This document shows, piece after piece, positions 1-13,800 of a DNA stretch of 64,000 bases (positions within the stretch are counted from its first letter, which is position 1; each line of letters begins with the position of its first letter). The position numbers and the translations under genes were made by a program. Source of the DNA: a virus (Duplodnaviria > Caudoviricetes); the IMG/VR virus record IMGVR_UViG_3300028886_000058, positions 60,602 through 124,601 of that record; one strand, written 5' to 3'. The notes beneath the pieces were generated by a model. That model did no database searches. It saw nothing but the letters and a program-made list of their open reading frames with translations, and was not told where the DNA came from.

Positions 1-624
1 TGGGTTCATCGGAAGAATGTCTACTTTATGTGTATCTCCGTGATAAATAGCTTTTGCTTCGAATAGATCACACATGTCAGATACCATCTTGAAAGCCCCA
101 GTTTTCAATGGTGCAGTCAGGCTCCGTACTTTGGTTGACCCATCTTCCTCTTTAAAGTCTGCAACCTCACCTGGTTCCCAGCCACTGCCTTTCAGAATTG
201 CGTCAAGTAATTGATATGCAGTACCGACATTATTTCCTTCGTCATCTGAAAACTCAAGGTTAAGATTTTTCGTCTTTAACAGTTGGCTGATATGACCAGC
301 CGTAACTTCAACAGTCTTAGAGAAGTTATTATGGTTTATCTTGTTTTCTGAAATTAAAAACCAGTCAGTTTCATAATCGTCAACCAAACGAATTCGATAA
401 TCAGCGATCAGATAATTAAGACGATAATTAGGTTCTTCATCATTTTCTCCATAACATACTGATGGGATAGAAAAGTTTATAGTTTTCCATCCGTTACGTT
501 CATGCGTAACAACTACATTTGTAGCTTGTCCTGAGATATCAGAATTATTGTCATAAAGATTGCATAACACTTTATTAGTATAATCGCATATATCAAGTGT
601 TAATTTCCTTGTTCGCCCCTTCAA
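1..624 (-). CDS. Baseplate hub / Tal-like tail protein, N-terminal part (runs off the window)
   Basis: TTG start at 624 after AAGGAGG. The frame is open to the window edge (LKGRTRKLTLDICDY...GWEPGEV...MCDLFEAK). It lies directly after the Dit-like gene, matching siphophage TMP-Dit-Tal order. Not in the ORF track. Confidence 0.7.
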   Translation of the reverse strand, partial: MKGRTRKLTLDICDYTNKVLCNLYDNNSDISGQATNVVVTHERNGWKTINFSIPSVCYGENDEEPNYRLNYLIADYRIRLVDDYETDWFLISENKINHNNFSKTVEVTAGHISQLLKTKNLNLEFSDDEGNNVGTAYQLLDAILKGSGWEPGEVADFKEEDGSTKVRSLTAPLKTGAFKMVSDMCDLFEAKAIYHGDTHKVDILPMNP

Positions 625-638
625 TCTTATCGCCTCCT

Positions 639-1730
639 TTATGCGAACGTTGGTTTATACGAAAAATTCAGTTTGTCTAAATTCATTGTTGTCTTTGGAG
701 TAATAATAAGTTCGTTCATAGACACGACCATTGTTTTTTCATTTCCAGAATGTTCAATTTCAGGAGTAACAGTAAACCTATCAACATCGCTGTTAATTTG
801 TTCGACGATCTTTCTCCACCTGTTATCAATATAAATATATTTACCAATCAAATTAATATGAACCTGATTAGTTAGCATAACAGTATTTCCCGGTTCATAA
901 CAAGCAAACAACTGTCTCATTGGTTCTCCAGCTGGCTCCAGTTCGATAAACCCTTCGTCATGGTACATAAAAGCTAATTCGCTTTCGGAAGATCCTCTGA
1001 GGAGCGTTTTGCCGCTGACACCGTCTATGTAAACTTCTTTATCAGAGTCAGTTGTATCAGCTCTGGAAATAGCTACTAAGCCACAAGTTTGGTTCGTTGT
1101 TTTGTTATAGATAGTAACTCCGTCACCAACATCACCAGCTACGATAATGCTGACATGAGCACGTTCAGTTCCGGGGTTTAACAACAGAATTTCTGTTTGT
1201 TCTGTTAAGTTAGTAAAAGAAGTTTGCGGAACCATGTCTTCGTTTTCTGGCATAGCTGTATTGCGCATAACTCTAAAATGATCAACATCCGTTAGTTCGT
1301 TGTACATTTTATCGCTTCTTGCATATGGATAGTATGCTTTCATGTTGATAGTAACTAATCCGTTCATATAGTTATTCAGTTCAGGATGAGGCACGCTTGT
1401 TACAGTTGCATAGTAATAACACCAAGGTCTACGTGCAAATATAAGTTTACCCGCCTTACCAATTCTGAATAGATTATGTATTTTAGCCATAACACCTTCA
1501 TCCAACGAAGATTCTTCAAACAAACAACGAAGTCTAAACTCCTTTGGTTGTTTTGAAGATCCATAATAGTATCCGCCATTATGTCCTTCGAAGGTTTCTT
1601 CGTAGATGTTTGTTTCGGCGGGAGCATATACATATGTATCTTCTTTTTCCGGCACATAGGTTAAGCCGAGATCAGCAATATCTATACCGCAAAAAGAAAA
1701 GCCGCCTTCAATTAACTTGTCGCACTGCAC
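639..1730 (-). CDS. Distal tail protein (Dit-like)
   Basis: Immediately downstream of the tape measure. Dit-like N-terminus (GFSFCGIDIADLGL...GHNGGYYYG...KLIF...YYYATV). Likely GTG start at 1730 after GGAGG; the ORF track starts at 1775. Confidence 0.75.
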   Translation of the reverse strand: MQCDKLIEGGFSFCGIDIADLGLTYVPEKEDTYVYAPAETNIYEETFEGHNGGYYYGSSKQPKEFRLRCLFEESSLDEGVMAKIHNLFRIGKAGKLIFARRPWCYYYATVTSVPHPELNNYMNGLVTINMKAYYPYARSDKMYNELTDVDHFRVMRNTAMPENEDMVPQTSFTNLTEQTEILLLNPGTERAHVSIIVAGDVGDGVTIYNKTTNQTCGLVAISRADTTDSDKEVYIDGVSGKTLLRGSSESELAFMYHDEGFIELEPAGEPMRQLFACYEPGNTVMLTNQVHINLIGKYIYIDNRWRKIVEQINSDVDRFTVTPEIEHSGNEKTMVVSMNELIITPKTTMNLDKLNFSYKPTFA

Positions 1731-1854
1731 AAGTTTGCCCTCCTTCCTATGAATGTGGAGAGAGAAGAGCGTCAAGCCCTTCTCTCTCCTTTATGTCTTT
1801 TTTCGAATGGTCACATTTTAAACAATACGAAAAGAAATTATAACAATACGTAAA

Positions 1855-4800
1855 TTACCAAGCATATGCAGCTAAATTGAACCCGTCTTTTTGCAATTCT
1901 TTAGTGAATGCTTTACCAACTCTACGAGCGACCTCATCGTAATCAGCATCGCTCTCAAGACGAGCTTCATAAAGATTGACGTTAACATCTCCAACATTAA
2001 TACCGCCTTTTCCAAATGCGCTTTCATCAAGATGTGTCATGTAAGGTGAAGTTTTAATATACGTAAATTCATCAAGCATTGCACGTAGTAAAGCAGTGTC
2101 AGTAGAATCAAGGAAAGCTTCTGGTTTAGTTTTAGTTCCGTCAACCCAAGCTGGTCCAGTATAGTCTACAAGACCGCCGTTTAAGAACGTTCCTACGTTT
2201 TTCGCTTTTCTGCCACCCGCATTCACAGTTCCGTTTTTGTCTTCTTGATATATATTACCTGTTTGACGTTGAACGCCACCTTTTTTTGCAAATTCAGATA
2301 TGGCTGCGTCTTTAGCAGCATTTTTAGATGATTTCCATCCTCCACCAGCCAACAACGTTGTATTATCAGATTTTAAACCAAATGCTGTTGCATAGTAATT
2401 TGCATATCCACTAGGACTACTACTAGAACTGCTGCTACTGCTGCTACTTGAACTTTTCTTTTTCTTTGGTTCATCTTTTTTCCCAATACCTTCATATTCA
2501 CTAAATTGGCTCATGAAGTCAGTATACAAGTCTTTATGGGGTCCGCCGATAATAGCGTCAAAATAATCTTTAAGATTGCCAAAATCAGAATCAGCACTGT
2601 CCCATTCAACTTTGTAGGTCCAATCTTGCATATCGTCAATCTTGTCTAATATTTCATGAGTATCGTATAGTTCATATTTATCGTCTTTATCTGCAGCAAT
2701 CATACGATCATACATATAGTCAAGATTCATTTCAATTGCTTTTTTACCAGCTTCAGAAGCCATTGCATAAGAATCGCTGCCAAGCATATAATCCATAAAG
2801 CTTTCTTTAGAAGAACCATATCCTTCTACTTCATCCCAATAGGTTTGAAGCTCATGTTTCATTACATGCCAAGTATCTTCCCAACCTTGTTCAAGCTGTT
2901 TGCGACGTTCTTCAGAAGCATTTTTATATTCTTCATCGTCTTGAGCCATGAAATTAACAAAGTCATCAAAAGTACCGGATAAAAGTTCAGTTACTTTATC
3001 TCTAAATGTATCATAGTGACTTAGTCTTTCATTTAAATTTTCTTCTTCTGTGGATACGAATTCATCCAGCGCTTTTATCTGATCTTCATAAAGCTTATTT
3101 TGAGCAGCAGCTTGTTCATCAGCAATGTTCCAAGCAAGATCTCGTTCAATTTCTTCGATCTTCTTAGAAAGTTCTTTAGCGTCTTTTGTACGAGATTGAT
3201 CTGCCTGAATTAATGCTAACTGTTGTTTGAGCCGAGAAAGTTCTTCCATTTTATCTTCTTGGTTCATAGCATCTTTCTTTGCTTTTATTCTTTCGTTTAA
3301 CAAAGCCTTCTGTTCGTTCAAAGCTTCTTTCTGTTTTTGAATTGTTTTCTTAATCAAGGCCCATTCATCTTGGTAATTCTTTTTAATTACGTTTATTATA
3401 GTATTTTCCATAGTAACTGTAGCATTTAACATATTCTTTTCTGTTTGTATTCTATTTCTAATTTCTTTATCTATTGCATTTTCAACATCAGTATGAGCTT
3501 TTATAATAGCTTCCTGATTCTTTCTGATTTTTTCCGTTAATTGTTCTACAGTATTTATTTCAGATTTACGAGCTTCTTCCAGTTTATAAATTTCAGCTCT
3601 TACTTGTTTGTATATCGGAGAACTGCTATCTAATGTATCATAGAAAGCTCTTAATATTTCAAGTTGATTTTCTATATTCGATGTACGTTCATTATGAAGC
3701 CCTTGTTCAACCTCAAGAGCTCTACCGTAGTTAGTAAGCTCTCCAAGGTTCTGGAATTTGGTTTCATCGTATTGAACAAGCTTAATTTGGTGTTGATTAA
3801 GATCGTCGATTACAGAGAACGCATCAACAATATTTTGGAAACTAACTTGTTCTATCTCATTCTTGAGATCAATTATCGCATTTGAAGCGGATTTAGAACC
3901 TTGCTCAAGTTCCCAGATGCCTTCTGTTACTATTTTCCACGCGTCAGAATATTCTTCTATTTCACCATTTCCAATAGCAGTATCAAGCATCTCTTGGAGA
4001 CTATCTCGTTGGGCTTCCTGTTCAATAGCAATTTGCTCTTGAAGTTCAGCTTGCTCACGAAGCATCTGGAGATATCCCTCATTATTGCTTTCTTTTTTAT
4101 ATGCTTCGCCTTGCAATTGAGCCATTTGAAGCTGTGCCTGAAGAGGTTTAACAGCATCTTCAACTTGATATCTTGCTTGATCAACATAAGACTGCGCAAT
4201 TGCTTGATCTCTTTCGATCTTGTCGACGTCAAGCTGATGTAGCATTTCATCGTAGCTATACAATGCTTCTTTAGCATTGTACCAAGATTCAGTTTCAGAC
4301 CATCCATCTTCTTCAAGTTGAGCCATTTGTGCACGAGCACTGTTTGCTGCTTCTTGATAATACTTGTACAACTCTTCATTTTCTGCTTTAATCCCGCGAA
4401 CAGTATCGCGATATTCATCATACATATGAAGCATTTGATACGCATTACCATAACTTTCAAAGTTATTAATGTTATGTTGCGCATCCATAGAATTGCGTTC
4501 AAGCTGAGTAGCAATATTTCCAAGACGTGCTTCATTAAGCGCAATAGTATCTTGCAAGAATTGATTCTCAAGATCAGCATTTTCAGCTTGCAACTGCCAG
4601 ATATGATCTCTTACGTTCAGCCAATTCTTTGAGTTTTCCTTATACTTTGTAAGAAGATCTTCATATTCTTTTATGTCGTCATTATTCTTTTTAATATCTT
4701 CTTTGTATTGACTAAGAATGTCGTTTTGGGTAGATTCATACTTTCCAAATTCTTCAGCAAGCTGATAGTTCTGAGCTTGTTTCTGGAGTATCGTAGCACG

Positions 4801-7800
4801 TTGAGTAGCTGGTTTTTCTTCGTTTTCTTGCCTTATTTCTACTATTGTTATTTTCTTACCTTCTAAATCATCAAGAACATTCTTAATATTGTTGAGTTCT
4901 TCTTCGTAAGAATATAACTGCTCTGTTGCTTTCCACCAGTCATCAGAATATTTAGATAATCCACTTCGATAATTCTTTAATTCTTCTATACTCTTTTGAT
5001 ACTGGGCTTCAAGACGAGATTGAAGGTTTATTTCCTTGTCTACTGTAGATAAATAATTGTCATAATCATTCATCTTTTCGTAGTGTATTTCATCAATCTC
5101 GAGCATCTTTTGCTCGTGCTGCAAAGCGGCAAGATCATGCTTTTGTTTTTCAAGAAGCTTATCGAGGCCAGATTTACCTCCACCGCCTCCTCCGCCTCCG
5201 CCGCCACCATGAGATCCAGTTCCTTTTACACTATCAATAACAACTTTACCAGATACATGTGTCCCATCGTCGGTGACTTCATAATGAGCGTCAACACCCA
5301 TGGATTGGAGCAACGCAATTAGCTTTGCTTGCTCTTCAGACATCGCGCTGCCAACGCCTTCAACGATGTCTTCCATTGAAACATTCCATGATCCGCCTTC
5401 AAGATTAACAGTTGGTCCTCCAGGAATTGTTAACGTTTCTCCGTTAATATATTCGCCTAAAACATCAGAAAGATCATCTATATAATTGTTTGCAAAATCC
5501 TGTAGCCCAGCAATGTCACTTGCTTCGTTTTCCTCTAGCGCTTTTAATATCGCGTCATTAAATTTTCCTGATTTTAATTCTTTATCGCTAAGGTTAAACC
5601 CTGTCATTTCTTTTACAGCAGATAATGTATCCTTATCACGTTTTCCTTTTTTAAACTGATCAGTATAATATTGATTTTTAGCAACTTTTGACAATTCTGA
5701 ACGTAAATTCTTAAAAGCAGATGTTTGTTCTTGTATTGAGCTACTATCATCGTGCATCGCTTTTCTGGCATCACGCAAAGACTTTGTAATATTCTTTTGA
5801 GCTTTGTTCCATTCATCTGACGTCTTTCCAGACTTTTTTAGAATTTCATCATAACGCTCATTTGTCTCGTTGAAATCATCTAGCTCAATTCCAGCCTCTT
5901 GTACTGCTTCAGCAACAGCAGCCCATGTATCAAATCCTTCTATTCCAGACGTATAAGCCTCAAAAGAACCAATTCTATCGTTATTGCGTATTGCGCTTAT
6001 GTCGTTAGAATTTATAATTTGTTGTAAACCTTGATACCTCTGGGAATTTGTTAATCCAGACACGCCGTTTGCAGCATTGTTGACAATAGTATTTGCATAT
6101 AGCTGGTCTAAATCAGAAAGATTCTCGTTTGGATTGAACGTCGCTAAACGTTCTGTCATGTTGCCATCATCTAAAAACCATGATCCGTTTTCGAAATAAG
6201 CACCCTCCGGAAGATTTAACCCCACTCCATTTTGGAAATCAATAAGACTATTTCTAACGTAATTAGAATATCGCGTGTTTCCTGTAATTTGACTTAAAGC
6301 CTCATATCCGGCTTCTTGATCTGCAATGTCTCCTTGTAAAAACGAGAGCGCTCTATCGTAAGTTTCTCCAGATGTAAGCACTTCTGTTATATTGTTAAAA
6401 GATTCAGAAGCTGAAGCAGCTGCTTGAGCAAGCATCAATAAAACTTCAGAAGCTTCATGCCCAGAAGCTTCAACATCGGAAAAGTCTATGTTTCCATTTT
6501 CATCTGCTTTAACGCCAATATCGTTGAATTTTTTACGAAGTTCTTCTGAAGAATTTAAGAGATCTGTCCAGTTTTGAACATCAGTATCATTAATTGCGTT
6601 TGCAAGATCTACAAACGATTTAATGCTACCATTAGAAAGCGAATTATAAATCTCATTAGCAGCAATTGCGCCTTTGTTTTGTTGTTGATACTGTAATTGC
6701 TGATAATTAAAAGCTCCACCAGCAGACGTCGAAGACAGCTTAGCTTTTTCTAAACTCTCTTGTTCTTGTGCAACTCGAAGTGCTTCATTGTTTTCGTTAA
6801 ACGCTAATTGCCTTAATTCTTCTGATGGAGTTTGCCCGTTTTCTATTGCCCATTGATATTGTTGACCATAAGTTCCAAGACTTGAAACAGCGGCAGAATA
6901 AAGATCATAGTCGGTATCTTTTGTTAATACTCCATTTAACAATTGCATCCTTGCATTTGCTAATTCAGAATCTGAGTATTTACGCGTTGTATCAGCAAGC
7001 AAGGCAGATCTATCAACAGTACTGCTACTTGGCTTATTATAGTCAGCTAATATTTTTTCGTATCTTTCTTGTATATACGAAGGCACAGAAAAGAACGTGC
7101 CATATTGTGCCATATTATCTGATGCAAAACCAATAGTTCCAGTACTCTCATCATATTGATATCTATATTCATTTCCTGTTGTGCCATAAAAATCATTTAA
7201 CTCTGCTAAAGCAGCTTGGCGAATAGATTCATCTGTTTTTTGATCTTCTTCTGCTATTCTTTGCTCTGTTAACTTTATGGCTTCTTCTCTGTTGTTCTGT
7301 ATTCTTTCTTTTGACCATCCGGTATACGACATCATCGCATTAAGCTGTTCTTCAGCAGTGCCATTTCTAAATAAAGCAGCTTGTTGCGCATTGTTGTATA
7401 AAGTGTTTTCAAATTCAAGCTTCGCTTTAATGGCGAATTCTCCGCCTTTTTGAAGCCCTTCAACTAAGGCCGCAGTTCCTTCAAGTACTTTATTAGCGGA
7501 TTCTAATTCAGATACTCCTGTAACTGCTATTTGTACGTCTATCTCTCTTTTAAGATTAACCCCTTCTTGAGATCTGCGCTGGAAAAGATCCATTTGCATA
7601 TATTTCTCAAGGCCAGAAATACTTTTAGCAGCACTCCACTCGTCTTCTGTCCATTGAGTTAATCCTGTTTCAGCTTCTGTAAGAGAATCATATCCTAATA
7701 CTTTTTTAGCTAATGAAGCTGCTTGTGAATTGGTGTATTGTTTTCCTGTACCAAATGCAATTCCCTTTTCAGCAAGCGTTCTTCTTACAAGGTTTTCATA

Positions 7801-10800
7801 TTCAGAACCAACATATGTTCCTGTTTCAAGAGCATTAAGAATATTATCTGCATTATCTCCAAAATAAGTTTGGAATGATTTATATCCGTCGCTATTTCTG
7901 TATCCTTCTATAAGATTTGGTTGCGATGAAAGAAGATTAATTATTTCTCCCCAAGATGAAGATATACTAGCATTAGTTGCTTTACCTGTAACAGCATTTT
8001 CCAGTCCGGATTTAACAATATTAATATCGTTACCTAGCCAACCCAATAAAGCTTCTGGAGTATCAAATATAGCATTTGCCAATACAGAATCCAGCCCAGC
8101 AGAAGCATAAGCACTTTTTAGCTCGTCAATTGATTCATATTCAGATATTCCTTTAATTCTATATCTCGACAACGAGCTTAAATATGCCTTTTGAAGTCTT
8201 TTATCGTATTCCTCATCAGATTCTCCTTGATACTGAGAACCAGTAATTTCTTGAGCAAGCAACATAGCAGCATCTGTACTTATTGGTTGTCCGTTTAATA
8301 TGCTTGCTATGCTTGTTTGAAGATTGTTTGCATTGGCTTGTTGTATTTTAGCTGATATAAGTCTATCTGCAGTTTGATAAGCAACATTTCCGTTTGCATT
8401 TTTTATGCTTGTGTATTCTAAACCGTTTGTTCTGACAAATGCTTTTGCTTCGTCTTCAGTAGTAAAACCTTTTCCGTTAACAAAATACGACCATGCATCT
8501 TCCGGGGCATTCTCTTCAACAAAACGATTTATATAAGCGCTTGGATTGTTGCTATTTAAAAAGCCAGTAAACACACGAGAAATTAATGGAGTTATTGCTT
8601 CTGTACTTAAAAGACCTTTTTTTGCTCCTTCTTGAATCAGATATTCTGGCAATATTTCGTTAGTTTCTTGGTCTACAACGTTCTTAACTATGTAGTTCTT
8701 AAGTGTTTTTTCTAAAAATTCAGAATCATACACATCACTTGCATTTGCCAATGATTCGATAGGAAAGTCTTTTACCATATTTTGAGCAAAATTTAAATCA
8801 ATTTGCCTTTTAGCAATGTCTAAATTTTCTTGCATTTCCTGGTTCATTAAACCTGTAACTACATTTTGCCAAAAAGAAGTTGCATCTTCATTAGATATTT
8901 TATTTTCCTTTTTATTCTTTAAAGCAATTGCAACAGGATCAGTTCCATACATTATATCAATATAATCTTTAAAATCTTTGTTTTCAGAATATAAAGAAAC
9001 TAATGCATTTACTCTGCTTTGATTATCTTTATTGGCAGCACTTTCTGTGTTAAACTTACGAATAATTTCTTCTGGTGTTTTATCTTTATATATATTATAT
9101 CTGTCATTTGCTTCTTTGTAATCAGAGTAAGTATATGAACCAGATTCCATACCAGACATTATGGCATAAAGAGAACTTTCATTTGGAACATATTTTGACT
9201 TAATCCAACTAGAAATTCCTGTTTTTAAATTTGAGATGCGTTGTGGTGTAAAAGATTCTTCATATAATAAATTTTCATAAGTTTGTTGAGATGTTTTTGC
9301 CTCATAATCAACTGCTTCCTGAACTGTTTGACGAGTGTTTTCTTTAAGATACTTTTTGCCTGTTTCGCTAGCGCTTTTTACAGCATTTTCCCAGTTAGAA
9401 AGATCTTTAATTGCATTTAGAATTGACGCAGAAACTTCTGGAAACGCATTCTTTAAATCGTATAACCCTTTTGTAAGATTGTTTTCCGCTTGTGACTTAG
9501 CTACTGAGTCTTGAGAATCTTTTAAATCATTATATGCTTTTCCTAATCTCGTAACTTCATCTATGACATTTTGTTTGCTGTCATATGATTCATCTCTTAT
9601 TGCTTTTGATTCTTCGTTGCTTGTTAATAAACTTTCTTTATATTTATTAAACTTTTCTTTTTCACTTTGGAAATTTAAACCTGCAAATAATCCTTCAGAC
9701 AGAGCACCTCCGGCAAGTCCAGCAACCAACATAATTAATGTGGTAATCGGAGCAAGCTTGCCTCCACTAAGCGCCAATGCAGCAGTAGCAGCTGTAATCG
9801 CAGAGATACCTCCAGCAATAACAGAAAATCCATGCTCTATTCCATTATTATTAGATATCATTTGCAAGAATCCAGATATTCCATCAAGAACACCAGTTAC
9901 AACACCGCCATTAACAAAGCTTTCTACAACAGCGTCCCAAGAACTCTTTAATTCATTCATTGACGCTGAAAGACTCTGCATTGCGACTTCATATTTTGTT
10001 TGCGTTATTCCACTAGAGTTTTCAGCTAAGCCAAGATATTTATCTAACGTTGCACCATTATCTTCTGACATGCCCTCCATTAATGTTGCGAACACATTTG
10101 TCTGGCGAGTACCAGCCATCGCGTTCATAACAATATTCTTTTGGGCGTCGCTTAAATTTTGCCATACTTTTGATAAGTCAGACAAAACTTCATAAGACGA
10201 ACGCATTTTACCTAATGTTTTATCGTCCCAAAGATCAATTCCAACAGATTGTAAAGCAGCTTCAGCATCTGACGCCGTAGTTGCTTCGCCGTTCTGATCG
10301 GATGTCCATTTACTAAGACTTAGTCTCCTCATTCGAGTAAATACAGTTTGAAGAGCTGTGCCTACTTGTGTTCCGCTTAACTGCGTATCACTTGTACCAA
10401 TAGTTAAAAGAGCTGTCAATTCAGAATAAGAAACACCTGCAACTTTAGCCGCAGCCGCAGCTTTCTGCATACCTTTGCCAATTTCGGCAGCAGTTGTAGC
10501 AGCAGAGTCACCAAGCGCAACAAGAGCATCCATAGCTGCTTCTGCAGATGGAACAAGATCATTTTGTAAAGCTGTTGTAATTATTTTTGTTGCTTCAGTT
10601 ACGTTTAATTTAGTTACTGTTGCAAACTTAATAATGGACTCTGTACGAGAAGAAACTTCAGTATCACTTAATCCTTGACGATAAAGCGCCGCTTCAACAC
10701 CTGCAACATTAGATACTGATGTGCGAAGACCCAATGCTTTACTTATTGTTTGTGAACGAATTCCAGTCATATCCTCATCAGACTTTAAAGTTATGGCTTG

Positions 10801-13800
10801 AATTTCGTTCATTGAAGCGTCAAATTCTTTTACGAAACGTTTTGTTTCCTGAAGCGCTTTTTGGAACAACTGACGTCCAAGACGTGTAGCTAACCTGCCA
10901 ACAACGTCTCCGAATTGAGAAGTAATAGCCATTGCTGTAGCCATTGGATCAGATAATTGTTCAATAGCTTTTCCGGCCTCAAGCGAAGCAGCTTCAAGTT
11001 CTTCAACTTCTTTTTTTGTGTTTTTATACTTATCGCTTGAAGTATCTCCGCTTTTTATATAGCTGTTTAACTGCTCTCTTTTTTTCGTCAGATCTTCATT
11101 TATTGATTGCTGTTTATTTTCCCATTGGGATAACGCAGAATCTCTTCTGTCTAAAGCACGAACCAAGAACCCATTGCGAGTACCAAGACCATGCCTTTTC
11201 ATTTGATCCATTTGACGAATAGACTGTTTTATGCGTAAACTGTCTCGTTGTTCACGGATATCGTTTTCAGCTCTTAATTGTTCAATATAATCGTCTTCAT
11301 TGTATTGATCATAATAACTAAGCAAAGAATCTAATCTTTCTTGTTGTGCAGCAGACAGTTTTGTTTTACCGTATCTTTTTTGAATACTTGCTTTTTCTTG
11401 CTTTATTTTTTCTGTTTGTTCATGAGCCGCAATATTAATTTGTTCATCTGTAGACAATCTTAAGCTACTTACATTACCAGCAATTCTAGCTTTTCTTGAT
11501 TCAAAATCTGCGAATGATTTGTCAATAATATTATCGCCATATGCTTTCATAGATGATATGGATATCATCTTATCAAGACTTTTCATATAATTGGCATATT
11601 CATCAGATTCTTCATCTATGCCAAATTCTTTTGCGTATAATTTAGCATTTGCTTTTAGCTGTTTTACTGATTTTATATAAGATGTCATTTCGTCAGAGAT
11701 GGAAGTAACATTCGATGTCTTTTCACCAGAAGCAAGATCATCTAAATAATCTCTTGACTGATTAAGTTCGTCCCATACGTCTTTTTCGTTCTTTTTTAAA
11801 TACTTTGATTTTTCTTTATTTAATTTGTTCTGTAATGCCGCAGCTTCTTTTCGTTTTGGAATGAATATTTCATTCTGCGCTTCTATTTCAGCGATCTCAT
11901 TCTGAAGCCTTATTTTTTCTTCTTCTGTTTCGGCACCTTTTAGTTCAGCTTTTTTCTTTTTTGCATTAGTTTCATTTGATTCAATTTTGCTTTTAAGAAC
12001 TTCATATGCATCAGAAGCAGCTTCTATTTGTGCTGTAAGATTTTTAAATTCTTCGACCTTGCTGTTTGCCTTTTTCGATGCGACTTCTTCTGTATTGATA
12101 TTATGTAATAAATCATACGCATCCTGTAAATTTTTAACAGAAGCATCAGGCAATATCGCGTCTAATCCAGAACGAGCTCTGTCTACTTGATCTCTCAGCA
12201 TATCTGCTTGAATAAACATTCCAGCATTTTCAAGATCATAAATAGTGCCTTGTTGCATAGCAAGCTGTTCATAGTTTCTAAGCCATGCGTTTCCTCTAAG
12301 TCCTTGCTTGCTTGCATCGTTTTTCCAGATAAAACTATTGATTCCGGAAACGGTTTGCATTGCTTTATTATATTCGTCATGCATTACAAGAGCCGCGCCG
12401 ACACCTTCGCCAGTATTGCTGCCAACTTGAGCTTGCATATGTTCAACACGATTTTGTTCTTGCTGTAACGTATTTGCAATTTCGCTAAATCCGCTATGCC
12501 CAAACATATCGTCTAAAGCTTTACTAACCGCTAAAACTTGATCCATTTGGAATCCATTTTCCGCTAAGGTTTGGATAAGACGAGTTCCTTCTTGGGCCTT
12601 CTCGAGATTCTTTTGTATTGCTTCTGGAGAAGAATTAATCTGGCTTAGTCTGTTCTGTATCGGTTCAACGATATGGATACCTTCTAGTCCTCCGGCGGCA
12701 AGGCCTTTCGACTCTAAATAACCTGGAATAGCGCTTGCATACAACAACTGTTGCATTTGCCACATAGCTCTATCATGCGCTGTTGCATGAGGATAGTTCT
12801 TTAAGTCGCCAATTGAATACTGACCAGTTTTCCTGTTGCGTACCAATAAGTCGAAATAGCCTTTGCTTGTTACGTCTTCTTCTTCGCCTTTTTCATTCTT
12901 GTTTATTTTTTTACCAAGATTAAACGTAAGAGGAGAATTCTTTTCACCAGGACTTGTCGCGCCTTCTACGGCAACAACCTCATATTCGCTTTCAGGAAAT
13001 AAGTTCACTAAGCTATTACCAAGATAATTTTTTATATTTTTATAAGAATCTGTATTTTTAAGTTTCTTTACTTCTGCTTTTGATAAACCTTTTTTACCCA
13101 CATTATCGTCGAAATATTTTTCAAAATCTCCAACAGCTTCTTGTGCGGCTTTTGCTAATTCGTCTTCTGTCATTAATGTTGGGTTTTCTTCTAAGGCTCT
13201 TGCCATTCTTTTTCTCATAAATCCTTCAACGGCTTCATGAGTTGCCCAACCAAGATGTGTATACGGAGTAACATCTTGCTCTTTTCCGCCAAGATAATGT
13301 TCTGCCCATGCTGTTGGATTTTTCATTAATGATGCAAATAAGCTAGGAGAGAACTGAAGCTGATCAAGCTTTTTTGCGCGTGTTTCTTGATCAAAAGTGG
13401 CAATTTGAGATAATGTATCGTTACGTTCTAATAAGCGCTTTGCCTCTGCTTCTTGTTTTAATGCGTTATTAGATAAAACTTCTCCTTGCACATAGCCGCT
13501 TAAATCTGTATGACCTATAAGATTTGTTAAACCAATTTGATTAAGCTGACCAAATAAATCTCTATTAGCTCCAAGAATTGAAGAATTTTGAGTTAAAGCA
13601 TAAGAAACAAGGTTGTCTATTACAGATCCGCCTTGAGAAGCTAATCTTGATTTTGCAATTGCAGCGTCTGAGCGACGTAAATCAGTTCCTTTTAAAAGAC
13701 CATTTTGTCTTTCTTGAGCTACACGTTTTTCTTCTTCTTCGGTTGCCCTTGCTTTTAATTGCAATAACTGTGCAACCATTACATCAGACGGAGCCAAGTA

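Noticed and set aside
2423-2470. (CTA/CTG)n repeat, and likewise the (CCG/CCT)n run at about 5178-5208
   Set aside because: These encode poly-Ser and poly-Gly linkers in the TMP and are ordinary low-complexity coding sequence.
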